Both the position numbers and the translations under genes were made by a program. Shown here piece by piece: positions 27,669 through 37,236 of a DNA stretch of 64,000 nucleotides (position 1 is its first letter; every line of letters begins with the position of its first letter). The notes beneath the pieces were generated by a model. It was given only the letters and a program-made list of their open reading frames with translations. It was not told the DNA's origin and made no database searches. This DNA comes from Leptonemataceae bacterium. GTDB lineage: Bacteria > Spirochaetota > Leptospiria > Leptospirales > Leptonemataceae. The stretch is from positions 5,856,001 through 5,920,000 of the forward strand of contig OZ245742.1 of assembly GCA_965227295.1 (NCBI GenBank), read 5' to 3'.

Positions 27669-28292
27669 ATGTTGCCGGATAATCTACTCGAAGTTACTAT
27701 CTCCGACGTATCGATCACGAATGTGGGCTTTGCCATCTTCCTGAAGCCCTCCGATTCGACGTCCAGCAAAGTCGTACCCATCTTCATCGGGCCGCTCGAA
27801 ACCTACTCCATCTCCAGCGCCCTGGACGGTGTCACCCCGCCGCGGCCGAACACCCACGACCTCATCGTAAACATGTTACAGGAGATGGAGGCGCGCATCC
27901 TGCACATCATCATCAACGACATCATCGGCTCCATCTTCTACGCGCGCATCGTTATTCAAACGAACGAAGGCATCGTGGAACTGGACGCGCGGCCGTCGGA
28001 CTCGGTGGCGGTGGCCATTCGCACGCGCTGCCCCATGTACATGCACGAAAAGGTCTACAAAGAAGCCGCCGTGGTCATCGGGGAAGAGGGTTCCGCCCAG
28101 GCCGCTCCGGAAAACGAAAGCGAAGAGGAAGAGGTCGCCGAGGCCCCGCCGCAACAGGACCTGCTGCTTTCCGAACCCCGCTCCGAACTGGAAGAACTCA
28201 AACAAGAGTTAAACAAGGCCGTCGAGGCCGAGAACTTCGAACGCGCGGCCATGCTGCGGGATAAGATCAAGCAAATCCTTCAGGAAAACTGA
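27669..28292 (+). CDS. Bifunctional nuclease (DUF151) family with C-terminal UVR domain
   Basis: VPIFIG..E, PRPNTHDL, FYARI, LDARPSD; AVEAENFERAAMLRD. Confidence 0.9.
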   Translation: MLPDNLLEVTISDVSITNVGFAIFLKPSDSTSSKVVPIFIGPLETYSISSALDGVTPPRPNTHDLIVNMLQEMEARILHIIINDIIGSIFYARIVIQTNEGIVELDARPSDSVAVAIRTRCPMYMHEKVYKEAAVVIGEEGSAQAAPENESEEEEVAEAPPQQDLLLSEPRSELEELKQELNKAVEAENFERAAMLRDKIKQILQEN

Positions 28293-28302
28293 AGAGTTTT
28301 TA

Positions 28303-28432
28303 ACTCCGAGGACCGAGGTGCCGAGGAGAAGACGAGTTTGCTTTTCATCGGCGCATGAATGCAGGCGTAGCCGGAAAGCATTCTAACACGAAGACCCTTC
28401 CGAAAAAACCTCGCTACCTCGGTCCTCGGAGT
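28303..28432. repeat. 130-bp element with 24-bp terminal inverted repeats between convergent genes
   Basis: ACTCCGAGGACCGAGGTGCCGAGG ... CCTCGCTACCTCGGTCCTCGGAGT (22/24 complementary). Confidence 0.75.
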
Positions 28433-28443
28433 AACACTTCTTC

Positions 28444-29034
28444 TCAAGCATCTCCTTTCGCCCGCGACGTCCACTTGATGTCTTCCACACCCTCCACATG
28501 GTTGCAGTACCGCGCTGCAACGAAGAGATAATCCGACAATCGATTGATGTACTGTAACGCCGTCGCGCTGACGATGTCGGTGCCCGTGGCGTCTTTGTTG
28601 CCGTGTGCGTCCATGACCTCCACGCAGCGACGTTCCAGGCGCCGGCAGATGGTGCGGCAAACGTGCAGATGCGCCGAGGCGCCGGTGCCGCCGGGCAGGA
28701 TGAACGCCTTCATGGGTTCCAGTTCGTCGTTCATGCGATCCATGGCGGCCTCGAGCGCCGTGACGTCTTCGTCGCGAATGACCGGAACGCCGTCGGGTTT
28801 GTAGCCGGCAAGTTCGCTGCCGAGTTCGAACAGCAGGTTCTGCTGGGTTATGAGTTCTCCGCGCAACTGCGCGTAGGCCGAGCCGCCGGTGGCGGTGAGC
28901 GCCACGCCGATGTATGAGTTCAGTTCGTCGGCGATGCCGTAGAGGTCCACCCGGGGATGATGTTTCGCCACCCGGGAGTCGCCGACGAGGATGTGCGTTT
29001 TGCCGTCGTCGCCTTTCTTCGTGTAGATCTTCAT
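28444..29034 (-). CDS. PduO-type ATP:cob(I)alamin adenosyltransferase
   Basis: KIYTKKGDDGKT, YGIADELNS, FILPGG, RTICRRLER, YINRLSDYLF. Confidence 0.93.
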   Translation of the reverse strand: MKIYTKKGDDGKTHILVGDSRVAKHHPRVDLYGIADELNSYIGVALTATGGSAYAQLRGELITQQNLLFELGSELAGYKPDGVPVIRDEDVTALEAAMDRMNDELEPMKAFILPGGTGASAHLHVCRTICRRLERRCVEVMDAHGNKDATGTDIVSATALQYINRLSDYLFVAARYCNHVEGVEDIKWTSRAKGDA

Positions 29035-29121
29035 GGCAGGAAAACTGCAGCGCCACCATTTGCCCGCATAGGATTTTTTAGATGACAACGTCCCCGGCGA
29101 TGCGGTAGGGTCGGGGCCTGC

Positions 29122-29604
29122 ATGGCCGAAGTAGAACGCATCAACCTGGCGGAATTCTACAAGCGCTTCGCCGTTAATGCCGCACGCAAGAAGCTGTACC
29201 GTAAGTTCGTGGCGGAGCTCGCCATGCTGCGCCGCCAGAGCGAAGAGATCCGCATCGTCGTCTTCGGCAGCTACGTTACCGATAAAGAAACGCCGGGCGA
29301 CATCGACGTGCTCGCTTCGATCATTGTGGACGACGACAACTTCCTGGACCTGGTGCAGAACGGCGTGCGCCAGCGCTTCCCCGACGCGGTGGACTTTCAC
29401 ATGCATCGCGCGAGTCGTTTCCTGAAAACCGGCGAGAAGCTCGTCGAGAACTTCAATGAGTTTTCGTTGAATCGCGAGAAGGGCATCCGCATCGAAACCG
29501 GCGGCGCCGTGGAAATCGTAGATGCCGGCCTTGTGAAGTTACGCAATCGCGACGGCGAACCGGTGCCGCCGGCTCCCCCGTCCGATATCGACGGCCCGGC
29601 CTGA
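29122..29604 (+). CDS. Small nucleotidyltransferase-fold protein
   Basis: VFGSYVTDKETPGDIDVL. Confidence 0.65.
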   Translation: MAEVERINLAEFYKRFAVNAARKKLYRKFVAELAMLRRQSEEIRIVVFGSYVTDKETPGDIDVLASIIVDDDNFLDLVQNGVRQRFPDAVDFHMHRASRFLKTGEKLVENFNEFSLNREKGIRIETGGAVEIVDAGLVKLRNRDGEPVPPAPPSDIDGPA

Positions 29605-29731
29605 GCCGTGTCCCGTCGCCTTCCATCGGCTGGAACGCCGTCCGACTCTTCGGCGACGATGACCGTGCGGCCCGGTACCGCATTGACACGCAGGTCGCCC
29701 CGCGTTATGAATGCAGTGAGGAACGCGCCGA

Positions 29732-30472
29732 ATGTATGATCGATTCATGATACCCTCCGTGTTTGCGTGCGTCGCGGCCGCCATGCTGGCCGTACTCGGA
29801 TCATCACCGGCGCTGGCCGGTCCCGGTGACGGCTATGAAGAACTGCGCACCTGTCAGAACCGCGAGTACATCCGCTCCGTCGCCTCGCACGAGTCGAAGC
29901 AAAACTCCGACGCCGCCGAGGTGAAACAACGTTACACGAACGTACCGGCGGCCAACGTGGTGTACTCGGTCAGCATGGAACGGCTGATCGTACTGGAGAT
30001 GGAAAACATCGAGCAGAGCCTGAAGACCATCGCCGAAAAGTACGCCGAACTTCAAGAAGTTACGGGACGCCGCCCTTCGCCGTACACCATGGTCCTGGAA
30101 AAATTTCCAGGGGTGTGGCGCGACGGCCAGTTCGTGCGCGCCGAGAAGGCCATGCATCTGCACTTCGACGAAGCCGGCCAGGTTACCTGCGTGGTCCTCG
30201 AAGCCATGAACGTTCCGGTGAATCTGCCCGCCCACTGGACGCGTAAGTACATCCGCCTGTATCTTCCCCACGTGCGCATCCTCGAAATGGAAACCTTCCG
30301 CAAGAACTACCGCCTCTACAATACCCTGAACGAGGCGTCCATCGCCCACCGCCTGGACGGACTCCGGGTGATGAACGAACACGTGCGCACAGTGGTCTAT
30401 CGCATGGACATGGAAATCGCTTCGTTTTACGATCGGCGTGAAAACCGGGCCGGCTGGCAGACCGACATCTAA
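29732..30472 (+). CDS. Exported hypothetical protein
   Basis: Signal peptide ending SPALA; genome-like codon usage. Confidence 0.7.
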   Translation: MYDRFMIPSVFACVAAAMLAVLGSSPALAGPGDGYEELRTCQNREYIRSVASHESKQNSDAAEVKQRYTNVPAANVVYSVSMERLIVLEMENIEQSLKTIAEKYAELQEVTGRRPSPYTMVLEKFPGVWRDGQFVRAEKAMHLHFDEAGQVTCVVLEAMNVPVNLPAHWTRKYIRLYLPHVRILEMETFRKNYRLYNTLNEASIAHRLDGLRVMNEHVRTVVYRMDMEIASFYDRRENRAGWQTDI

Positions 30473-30580
30473 GCGGCAAACCGATCTTCGATTTTACGCG
30501 TGAATGAAACACGCGCCCATTCCGCGATTTCGAGTGGACAGCTTCCCGGTGGTCGGATGTGATCGTGCGCAGCATTCATC

Positions 30581-31180
30581 TTGCGGAGGATTCCTTTGAA
30601 ACGTTTCTGTGTTTTTCTTGTATGTGCAAGCCTGAGTATGTTCGCGGCCTGCGGCGACGGCGGTTCCGGCATCAGCATGTACGTAACGGCGAAGTCCGGC
30701 CTGTTGATTCGCGCGGACGCCAACACCAACGCCTCGAAGCTCGGCCTGGCACCCTACGGAGCGCGCGTCGAGGTCCTGGAACAATCGGACCAGACCATGA
30801 CCATCGGCGGTAAGACCGGTCACTGGACCCGCGTGAACTACGAGGGCACCGAGGGCTGGTCCTTCGGCGGATTTCTATCGGCTACGCCGCCGGAAGAAAA
30901 CAGCGGGCTCTCCGAAGCCGAGGCGCGGGCGTTCTTGATGAAGCCGGAGTACGGCTGGGTGCAACAGGGTGAGCAATTCTACATCGCGTTCTTTCCCGAC
31001 GGACGTCTGTCCATCCAGGGCGACGACGGGGAAGCCACGATGTGGGAAGGCACCTGGAAGCTCAACGGCAACAAAGTGACGATGATCTGCCAGGACATCA
31101 ACATGAACGAAACCCACGAAGTGAAGAAGGACGGCCACACGCTCATCCTCGGTAACAAAAAATACGACATGTCGTCGTAA
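30581..31180 (+). CDS. SH3b-domain lipoprotein
   Basis: Lipobox FAAC; YVTAKSGLLIR...W.RV...EGWSFGGFLS. Confidence 0.85.
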   Translation: MRRIPLKRFCVFLVCASLSMFAACGDGGSGISMYVTAKSGLLIRADANTNASKLGLAPYGARVEVLEQSDQTMTIGGKTGHWTRVNYEGTEGWSFGGFLSATPPEENSGLSEAEARAFLMKPEYGWVQQGEQFYIAFFPDGRLSIQGDDGEATMWEGTWKLNGNKVTMICQDINMNETHEVKKDGHTLILGNKKYDMSS

Positions 31181-31355
31181 GTTGAAATTCGCGCGGGGCA
31201 GCACGCGGCTCCCGAATCCAGCGCGAATTTTTTCAACCTCTGTGTCGATTTGTGCTCCTGTGGTTTGCCTTCGCCGTAGACCAACCACAGGAGCATTTCA
31301 TGCGCATCTTACTCAAAAAGCTCGACGACAATCGCACGGAATTCGAATCAAAACG

Positions 31356-31373
31356 ATAGTTTGACTAAACTAT
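31356..31373. promoter_or_regulatory. Palindromic operator candidate upstream of large lipoprotein gene
   Basis: ATAGTTT-gact-AAACTAT in an AT-rich intergenic region. Confidence 0.45.
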
Positions 31374-31526
31374 ATTGTGTAATCAACGGCAAAATGTCAT
31401 TAGTGGTGCGCCGTTTAAAATAGACCCCAAATAAAAAGTGCTCGACAGCCTCCACTCCCCTCTCCTTGCTCAAACATTGCTAATTATTAGTGATCTACAC
31501 TTAGTAGTCACAATTAAGGAGAACGC

Positions 31527-33908
31527 ATGAGGCATTTCTTAGTCGCATTCCTCGCGGCGACGCTAACCATAGTGACAACGGCGTGCGCAGACGGTTCCGG
31601 CAACGCCGACGACGGCAGCGCCGTGCTGCTCGCTCTGGCGGCGGCGGACCGCACTCCTCCCGTGGACCTGAGTCCGCTGATGGACCCGAACGCTGCGCCG
31701 GTAGCCCCGCGCTCGACTCCGCCCGCCGTCTGGATTCACAGCCCGCCGAGCGGTTCGTCGTTTCTGAACCTGAACCCCATCTACATCATTTTCACGGAGA
31801 GCATGGACCCGGCAACGCTCTCCCTCGGCGGCACCATGGCGTCCCAGGCTTCGGCTTTGTGGTATCCGTATCAGTTTGCGGATCAGTACCTGATACTCCT
31901 GCCCACGAGCGGCTGGCCCGTCGGCCCCGGGCAAACCCTCACGATTGACGCGGACGACCTCAGCGGCGATCCCCTGCCTACCTTCTCGCTGACCTATACC
32001 ATTACGCAGGATACGACGGCGCCGACGCTATCCTCGGTTACGCCGACCGACGGGGCAAGCATCTGGGACGTTACGGAAATTCGTTTCGTTTTTGATGAAA
32101 CCCTGAACAGCGCGGTCGCCCCGACCTTCGGCGGCAGCATGGCTTCCCAGGTCAACGGCTATCAGTACAGCTCCACGAACATCGGCGGCGACACGCTGAT
32201 CGTGCAAACGAAGACCACCGCCGTACCCGGCGGGCGCTGGACCGCCGGTACGGCGCGCACCCTCGACGTAACCGTGGAGGATCCCTCCGGTAACTCCACG
32301 ACCACCAGCGGCATCGACTTCGATATCTCCGCGATCAGCACCGGCATTGTCTACGTGTCTACCTCCGGCAACGACGCGAACGCCGGAACCGCCGACGCTC
32401 CTAAACTTACGGTGGGCGCAGGTTACTCTGCAGTGCAACAGTTAATGGGTACGGGCCGGGTGCACGTCGCGGCGGGCTCGTACACCGAGAATCTCTGGCC
32501 GCAAACGGAGGGCATCTCGCTCTACGGCGGCTACTCGGCGGCGAGCTGGGCGATCCGCGATCCGGCTGTGCACGTTACGACTTTGAACGCGGCCACTTCG
32601 ACGCAACCGGCCATCTGGATGAGCGGCTATTCCACCACCATCACCAATGCCACCGTGATCGACGGTTTCACACTCAGCGGCGACAAAGGTTTGATCGTCC
32701 AGTACGCCTCGCCGACGATTTCCAACAACGTCATCAACTCCACTACCTGGCTCGCGCTGTTGGTGGGCAACCACGGTAGCCCCGTCATTACGAACAACGT
32801 GATCAACGCCCCGCACCAGACCGGTACGCCGAACGGCAGCCAGGGCGTTGACATTCAACTGCTCGATACGGGCACGGCATCGAATGTAACGTTCACGAAC
32901 AACACGGTCAACCCGGGCAGTTGCGTTTCGCCGTGCACGGCCACGGCGGTACGCGTGACGATCGCCAACGGTTCAGCCACGATTTCCGGAAACACGATGA
33001 CGGCCGGCGCCGCGCGGGATACGCGCGGTTTGCTCATTTCGAACAAGGCCGCCTACACCGTGACGAACAACGTCATCAGCGCCGGCGGGGCCACCCGGGA
33101 TACGAAGGGCCTCTACTACCAGGGCGGCGTCGGCTCGACGATTACGATTCGGGATAACGTCATCGACGGCAGCGACGCACTCTGGGCCATGGGCCTCGAC
33201 CTGGAACACAACGGCACAGCGATCGTGGAACGCAATACGGTTTACGCGCGCAGCAACGGCAGCAGCGTTAGCGGAAGTATTTCCACGAGCCACGCCTTGC
33301 ACGGCAGCATTGACGCGATGACGATTCGCAACAACGTGTTCATCGGCGGGATCGGTTTCCACAACACCACGGTATCCTTCGGCGGCACCGGCAGCCGCGA
33401 TCTATTGAACAATACGATCATCGGCGGTACGGGCTCGCATAACATCAATGTGGCGTTGATCATCGGCGGCGCGGCCGGCCGGATCGAAAACAATATCGTG
33501 ATCGATACCGGCAACCGCATGAGCGGGGGCGCAACGTGCATTCAGGGCGATATGAACAGCGCGGCCCCGGTGTTTACGCTGAAGAACAACGACATCTTCG
33601 GGCCGTGTACCAACCTGGTGTACGACAGCGACGGCGGCTGCGGCGGCGGAAACTACTGCAATCTGACGCAGTTGAATTCCCTCGGAGCGAACTTTGGCGG
33701 CAACGTCGAGACGGATCCTCTGTTCACCGACGCCGACGGCGCCGACAACGATGTCTCCACGCCGGCGGACAACGTTTATACGCTGTCGTCTTCCACGCCG
33801 GTATCGGTCTACGAGGGCGGTCTTGACCTTTCGCTCGAGTTCACGACGGACCGGCTGAATGTCACGCGGACGAGTGACTGGTCCATGGGCGCCTACGAAA
33901 AAGACTGA
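31527..33908 (+). CDS. Surface lipoprotein with Ig-like (Big_5-type) domains and right-handed beta-helix (DUF1565/pectin-lyase-like)
   Basis: Lipobox TTAC; DTTAPTLSSVTP; VYVSTSGNDANAGT..P; repeated ITNNVI/IRNNVF; terminal MGAYE. Confidence 0.85.
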   Translation: MRHFLVAFLAATLTIVTTACADGSGNADDGSAVLLALAAADRTPPVDLSPLMDPNAAPVAPRSTPPAVWIHSPPSGSSFLNLNPIYIIFTESMDPATLSLGGTMASQASALWYPYQFADQYLILLPTSGWPVGPGQTLTIDADDLSGDPLPTFSLTYTITQDTTAPTLSSVTPTDGASIWDVTEIRFVFDETLNSAVAPTFGGSMASQVNGYQYSSTNIGGDTLIVQTKTTAVPGGRWTAGTARTLDVTVEDPSGNSTTTSGIDFDISAISTGIVYVSTSGNDANAGTADAPKLTVGAGYSAVQQLMGTGRVHVAAGSYTENLWPQTEGISLYGGYSAASWAIRDPAVHVTTLNAATSTQPAIWMSGYSTTITNATVIDGFTLSGDKGLIVQYASPTISNNVINSTTWLALLVGNHGSPVITNNVINAPHQTGTPNGSQGVDIQLLDTGTASNVTFTNNTVNPGSCVSPCTATAVRVTIANGSATISGNTMTAGAARDTRGLLISNKAAYTVTNNVISAGGATRDTKGLYYQGGVGSTITIRDNVIDGSDALWAMGLDLEHNGTAIVERNTVYARSNGSSVSGSISTSHALHGSIDAMTIRNNVFIGGIGFHNTTVSFGGTGSRDLLNNTIIGGTGSHNINVALIIGGAAGRIENNIVIDTGNRMSGGATCIQGDMNSAAPVFTLKNNDIFGPCTNLVYDSDGGCGGGNYCNLTQLNSLGANFGGNVETDPLFTDADGADNDVSTPADNVYTLSSSTPVSVYEGGLDLSLEFTTDRLNVTRTSDWSMGAYEKD

Positions 33909-34027
33909 GGCCCTCACATCAGCCGGCCTTTCCCGGGCCGGCCGATGTTCAGTCGATCGGGCCAATCGTGTGTTTCCTGTCGCCGGCAGCCTGTTTGGCC
34001 CGGTCACTCGATGAGACGGGAGCCAGG

Positions 34028-34552
34028 TCAACGCATGAGAAAGTATGCAGCAACGAGAATCGTGCAGGCCCAGGTCACGCCGGTGAATACGATCTTCAGC
34101 GCGTAACGCAGCCGCGCGAACACGATCGCCCGCACGACAATCTTACGATCGAGCGTTTGTGTGGGGAACATGGCCAGGTTCTGCAGGCCGCGCAACCAGC
34201 GATGACGGCTGCGGGTCCACACCTGAATGAGCGGTTTCAGAAAGCCCGGATCATCGTAAGCGCCCTTAAAGCGCAGTACGTCGGGATCATGAGGACTGCT
34301 GTGATAGATGCGATTGCCGCAATGCGGACAGAGATAACAATCGACGGTGTTGCCGCTTTCGGCGCCGCGTTGAAAGTGTTTCAGCTCGCCGTCGATGCGA
34401 ACGTCCTCGGCGCGCACGTACGACGTGATGCTGAACGCGCTGCTGCTTAACTTCTGGCAGTCCTTGCAGTGACAGACGGCGGTGAAGTACGGTTCTCGTT
34501 CTAAGGTATAACGGACATTGCCGCACTGACAGCTTCCGGTGATCATGGGCAT
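34028..34552 (-). CDS. GFA (glutathione-dependent formaldehyde-activating/CENP-V) family protein
   Basis: GSCQCG, CHCKDCQ, CPHCG. Confidence 0.9.
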   Translation of the reverse strand: MPMITGSCQCGNVRYTLEREPYFTAVCHCKDCQKLSSSAFSITSYVRAEDVRIDGELKHFQRGAESGNTVDCYLCPHCGNRIYHSSPHDPDVLRFKGAYDDPGFLKPLIQVWTRSRHRWLRGLQNLAMFPTQTLDRKIVVRAIVFARLRYALKIVFTGVTWACTILVAAYFLMR

Positions 34553-34659
34553 TGCTAGCACCGAATTAGCAGTTTGTCGCTTGTTTTTCGAGGCGCGGCA
34601 ACGGCCGCAGGCCGCAAGCGCAGCGAGCCGCGCGAAGAGATCGTAGCAGAAACCAGGGG

Positions 34660-35030
34660 CTGACTAAAAAGGCCGCTCAGGGATGACGGAGCGGCCGCAG
34701 ACTATCAATTCTTGCGTTAGTGATTGGAAGGGTCGCGCGAAGCGCGAGTCACCGCGAAGCGGGTGCAGCTCTCGGCCCTCCTGGCCTTCGCTGCATAAAG
34801 CCCTCCGTGGCTAAAACCGAAGCCGACGGCACGGAATCGGCGTAGCCGATTCCTCACCCGACGACGCGAAGGCGCGTCGCTATCTTCAAGCCCTGGGCCG
34901 CTCTCGGACATCCTGTCCTTCGCGGCATAAGACCATCCATGGCCAAAAAAGCGCGACCAATTCCGCCCCGCTTGTCGGGGCGGAATTCCTTCTCTTCCCC
35001 ACCGAGCGCGAAGCGCGGTGGGGAACGCCC
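34660..35030. repeat. Cluster of REP-like GC-rich hairpins
   Basis: GGAATCGGC/GCCGATTCC, GACGCG/CGCGTC, AATTCCGCCCCG/CGGGGCGGAATT, TCCCCACCG/CGGTGGGGA stems; GCCCCGCTTGTCGGGGC recurs at ~36269. Confidence 0.55.
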
Positions 35031-35108
35031 ATACAAGAATTACTTTACTGTAAGTTAACGTTGCGATTTTTGGCTTAAAATTACGATGGAATTAAAGCGA
35101 GATTTTTT

Positions 35109-35230
35109 GGGCGCCTCGCCGCTTACGCGGCGACCGGGCTTTCCAGGGCTCCGCGCTACGCGCTTCGGTCCTCCGCTACGCTCCGGACTCGCGGCTGCGC
35201 CACGACCCTTCCAATCCCTGGCGCGAAGAG
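35109..35230 (+). repeat. REP-like dispersed element (family A)
   Basis: Same GGGCG...GCTTCGGTCCT...CCCT..ATCCCTGGCGCGAAGAG architecture as 13072. Confidence 0.7.
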
Positions 35231-35361
35231 CTGCAAGTTCGACGATGTCACTTTTTGATGGCGACATCGTCGCCCGCGACTTATTGGTCATCCCCGTACG
35301 AACACAGGGTCTCAATCGTGCAGTGACGCGGACAGGAAGTCCGCGTCACTGCACACCTATA

Positions 35362-35898
35362 TTAGTTCACAATAAACTCGTTGAAGTAGACTTCGGTGAT
35401 CTTGCCTTCCGAGAGCACGTGATTCACCGACGCCTTGATCTCTTCGCGCAGCTCCAGGCGATCCTGCACCGAAGACAGGCCGTCTTTCGTTTTGCCCATG
35501 AGAATGAGGTTGATGATGTTCCGCAATTGGGGCATACGATCGGCGAGTTCGGCGGACAGGGCCGGGTTGCCTTTGTCGAAGCCGAGGGAGAGTCGCATCT
35601 TAATGAAGTGCGGGTCGCCGCGGTCGGCGGTGTTCACGCGAAAGTCCTCGGGAAAGTTGAACGTCTCCGGCGGCGGCGGCGGTTTGACCACGGCGATGGA
35701 GGCCACCTCGCGGTATTGTTGCGCCGCGGCCTGCTGGGCCACGAAGTAACTGATGACCGCCATCAGTACGAGTCCCACGGCGCCCAGGGCGACGTAGATT
35801 AAGATCTTTACGATTTTGTTTAGTCCGGATGATGCTGAGGGCTCAAAGCCCCCACCCCCGGAGTCGTCGTCTTCTACTAAATCTTCTTCATCTGCCAT
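35362..35898 (-). CDS. fliL: Flagellar basal body-associated protein FliL
   Basis: Single TM, F.VN, RMPQLRNII, VYFNEFIVN; downstream of motAB. Confidence 0.9.
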   Translation of the reverse strand: MADEEDLVEDDDSGGGGFEPSASSGLNKIVKILIYVALGAVGLVLMAVISYFVAQQAAAQQYREVASIAVVKPPPPPETFNFPEDFRVNTADRGDPHFIKMRLSLGFDKGNPALSAELADRMPQLRNIINLILMGKTKDGLSSVQDRLELREEIKASVNHVLSEGKITEVYFNEFIVN

Positions 35899-36007
35899 TG
35901 TGTTGCTCCAGGACGCAGCACGCCCTGTTTAGTTTATCGATGGTTTCGGCAAATGGCTGAAGATTTCTTTGGGGCGGAGGAGGATGGTACGGTCACAAGA
36001 AATTTTT

Positions 36008-36342
36008 GGGCGTCTGCCCGGCCGCGCCGCGGTTGCGGCCGGGCACCGCGCTTTCCGGGGCTCCGCCTTGAGGCTTCGGTCCTCCGCTTCGCTCCGGACG
36101 CGCGCTAACGCGCGCCCCCTCCAATCGCTGACGCAAGAGACATCAATGCACAACTCTTTCGCGCCAGGGATGCGCAGGGTCGCGGCGTAGCCGCGAGTCC
36201 GGAGCGCGAAGCGCGGAGGACCGAAGCGCGAAGCGCGGAGGACCGAAGCGACAGCGGACGCCGGCGCAGCCCCGCTTGTCGGGGCTGCGCCAGTTGGTTC
36301 CCCACCGAGCAGCCCGACCGCCGCAACGCGGCGGGGGCGCCC
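36008..36342. repeat. Inverted pair of REP-like family A elements between motB and fliL
   Basis: 36008-36139 forward, 36154-36342 reverse with internal duplication GCGCGAAGCGCGGAGGACCGAA. Confidence 0.7.
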
Positions 36343-36395
36343 AAAATAAATCTATCGCACTATTATGCGGGGCGGAGCGAGTGTGGATTCGCGCA

Positions 36396-37235
36396 TCACT
36401 GCTGATCCGGCACCAGCGATTCGCTGCCCGGCACGCGTGTATCCGGCAGGCGGTTCGAAGGTTCGTCGGCGCCGCGCTTCGCTTCTTTGAGCGGCTGCAG
36501 CACGATGTCGATGCGCCGGTTGTGCGCCGCGGCTTCCGGCGTGCCCTCATCTTCCAGCACGGCCAGGGGACGATACTCGCCGAAGCTGACGGCCTGGATG
36601 GTATCGGGGGGCACGCCCTGGTTACTCAAGAACGTGGCCGTTTGCACGGCGCGGGCGCCGGCCAGGTCCCAGGAGTTGGCGTAGATGCGTTCGTCGCGCG
36701 CCGACGTGGGTGAGCCCTGGAGAACCTGATCTTCGCCGCGGGACGAGTGCCCCTCGACACGGACGAAACGATTGAGATCGCGGGTGAGCGCGGCGACGCG
36801 CACGAGAACACGCTCGGCGCTTTCGGTAAGGATGGCGCTGCCTTCTTGAAAATAATCCGCGCTGATGAGGCTGATCACTAAGCCGCGTTCATCTTCAGTT
36901 ACGCGCACCTGTTTGGCTTTGATCTCCGGCTTGAAGACGCTCTGGGCCTGTTGTTTGGCCCGGCTGAGCGAACGACCGGTGGTCTGAGACGGCAACGACT
37001 CGACGTTCATGCCCATCTCTTCGAGGCGACCGCGACTTAAGGTCTGACCGCCGGTGAAGAATCCCAACGAGTTGTTGAAGGCCGAAAGGATGAGCTGGAT
37101 TTCGACGGGTGTGGCCTTGCCGGTGGTAAAGAGCATGACGAACAGACACAAGAGCAACGTCACCATGTCCCCGTAGGTAACCATCCATTGCGGGGCCCCT
37201 TCTTCGCAGGGAGGACACTTCTTATCGTCTGCCAT
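36396..37235 (-). CDS. motB: Flagellar motor stator protein MotB
   Basis: WMVTYGDMVTLLLCLFVML; OmpA-like VEGH, SFGEYRP, NRRIDI. Confidence 0.95.
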   Translation of the reverse strand: MADDKKCPPCEEGAPQWMVTYGDMVTLLLCLFVMLFTTGKATPVEIQLILSAFNNSLGFFTGGQTLSRGRLEEMGMNVESLPSQTTGRSLSRAKQQAQSVFKPEIKAKQVRVTEDERGLVISLISADYFQEGSAILTESAERVLVRVAALTRDLNRFVRVEGHSSRGEDQVLQGSPTSARDERIYANSWDLAGARAVQTATFLSNQGVPPDTIQAVSFGEYRPLAVLEDEGTPEAAAHNRRIDIVLQPLKEAKRGADEPSNRLPDTRVPGSESLVPDQQ

Positions 37236-37236
37236 A

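Noticed and set aside
29732..30472. Flagellar coiling protein (Fcp-like) assignment
   Set aside because: Only a vague impression; no motif I can support.
34660..35035. RNase P RNA, tmRNA or SRP RNA
   Set aside because: No GAGGAAAGUCC, tRNA-like ends or SRP loop motif seen; hairpins recur in other REP-like elements.
35086..36713. Arg-rich ORFs around fliL and motB
   Set aside because: Shadow frames of real genes or translations of REP repeats.
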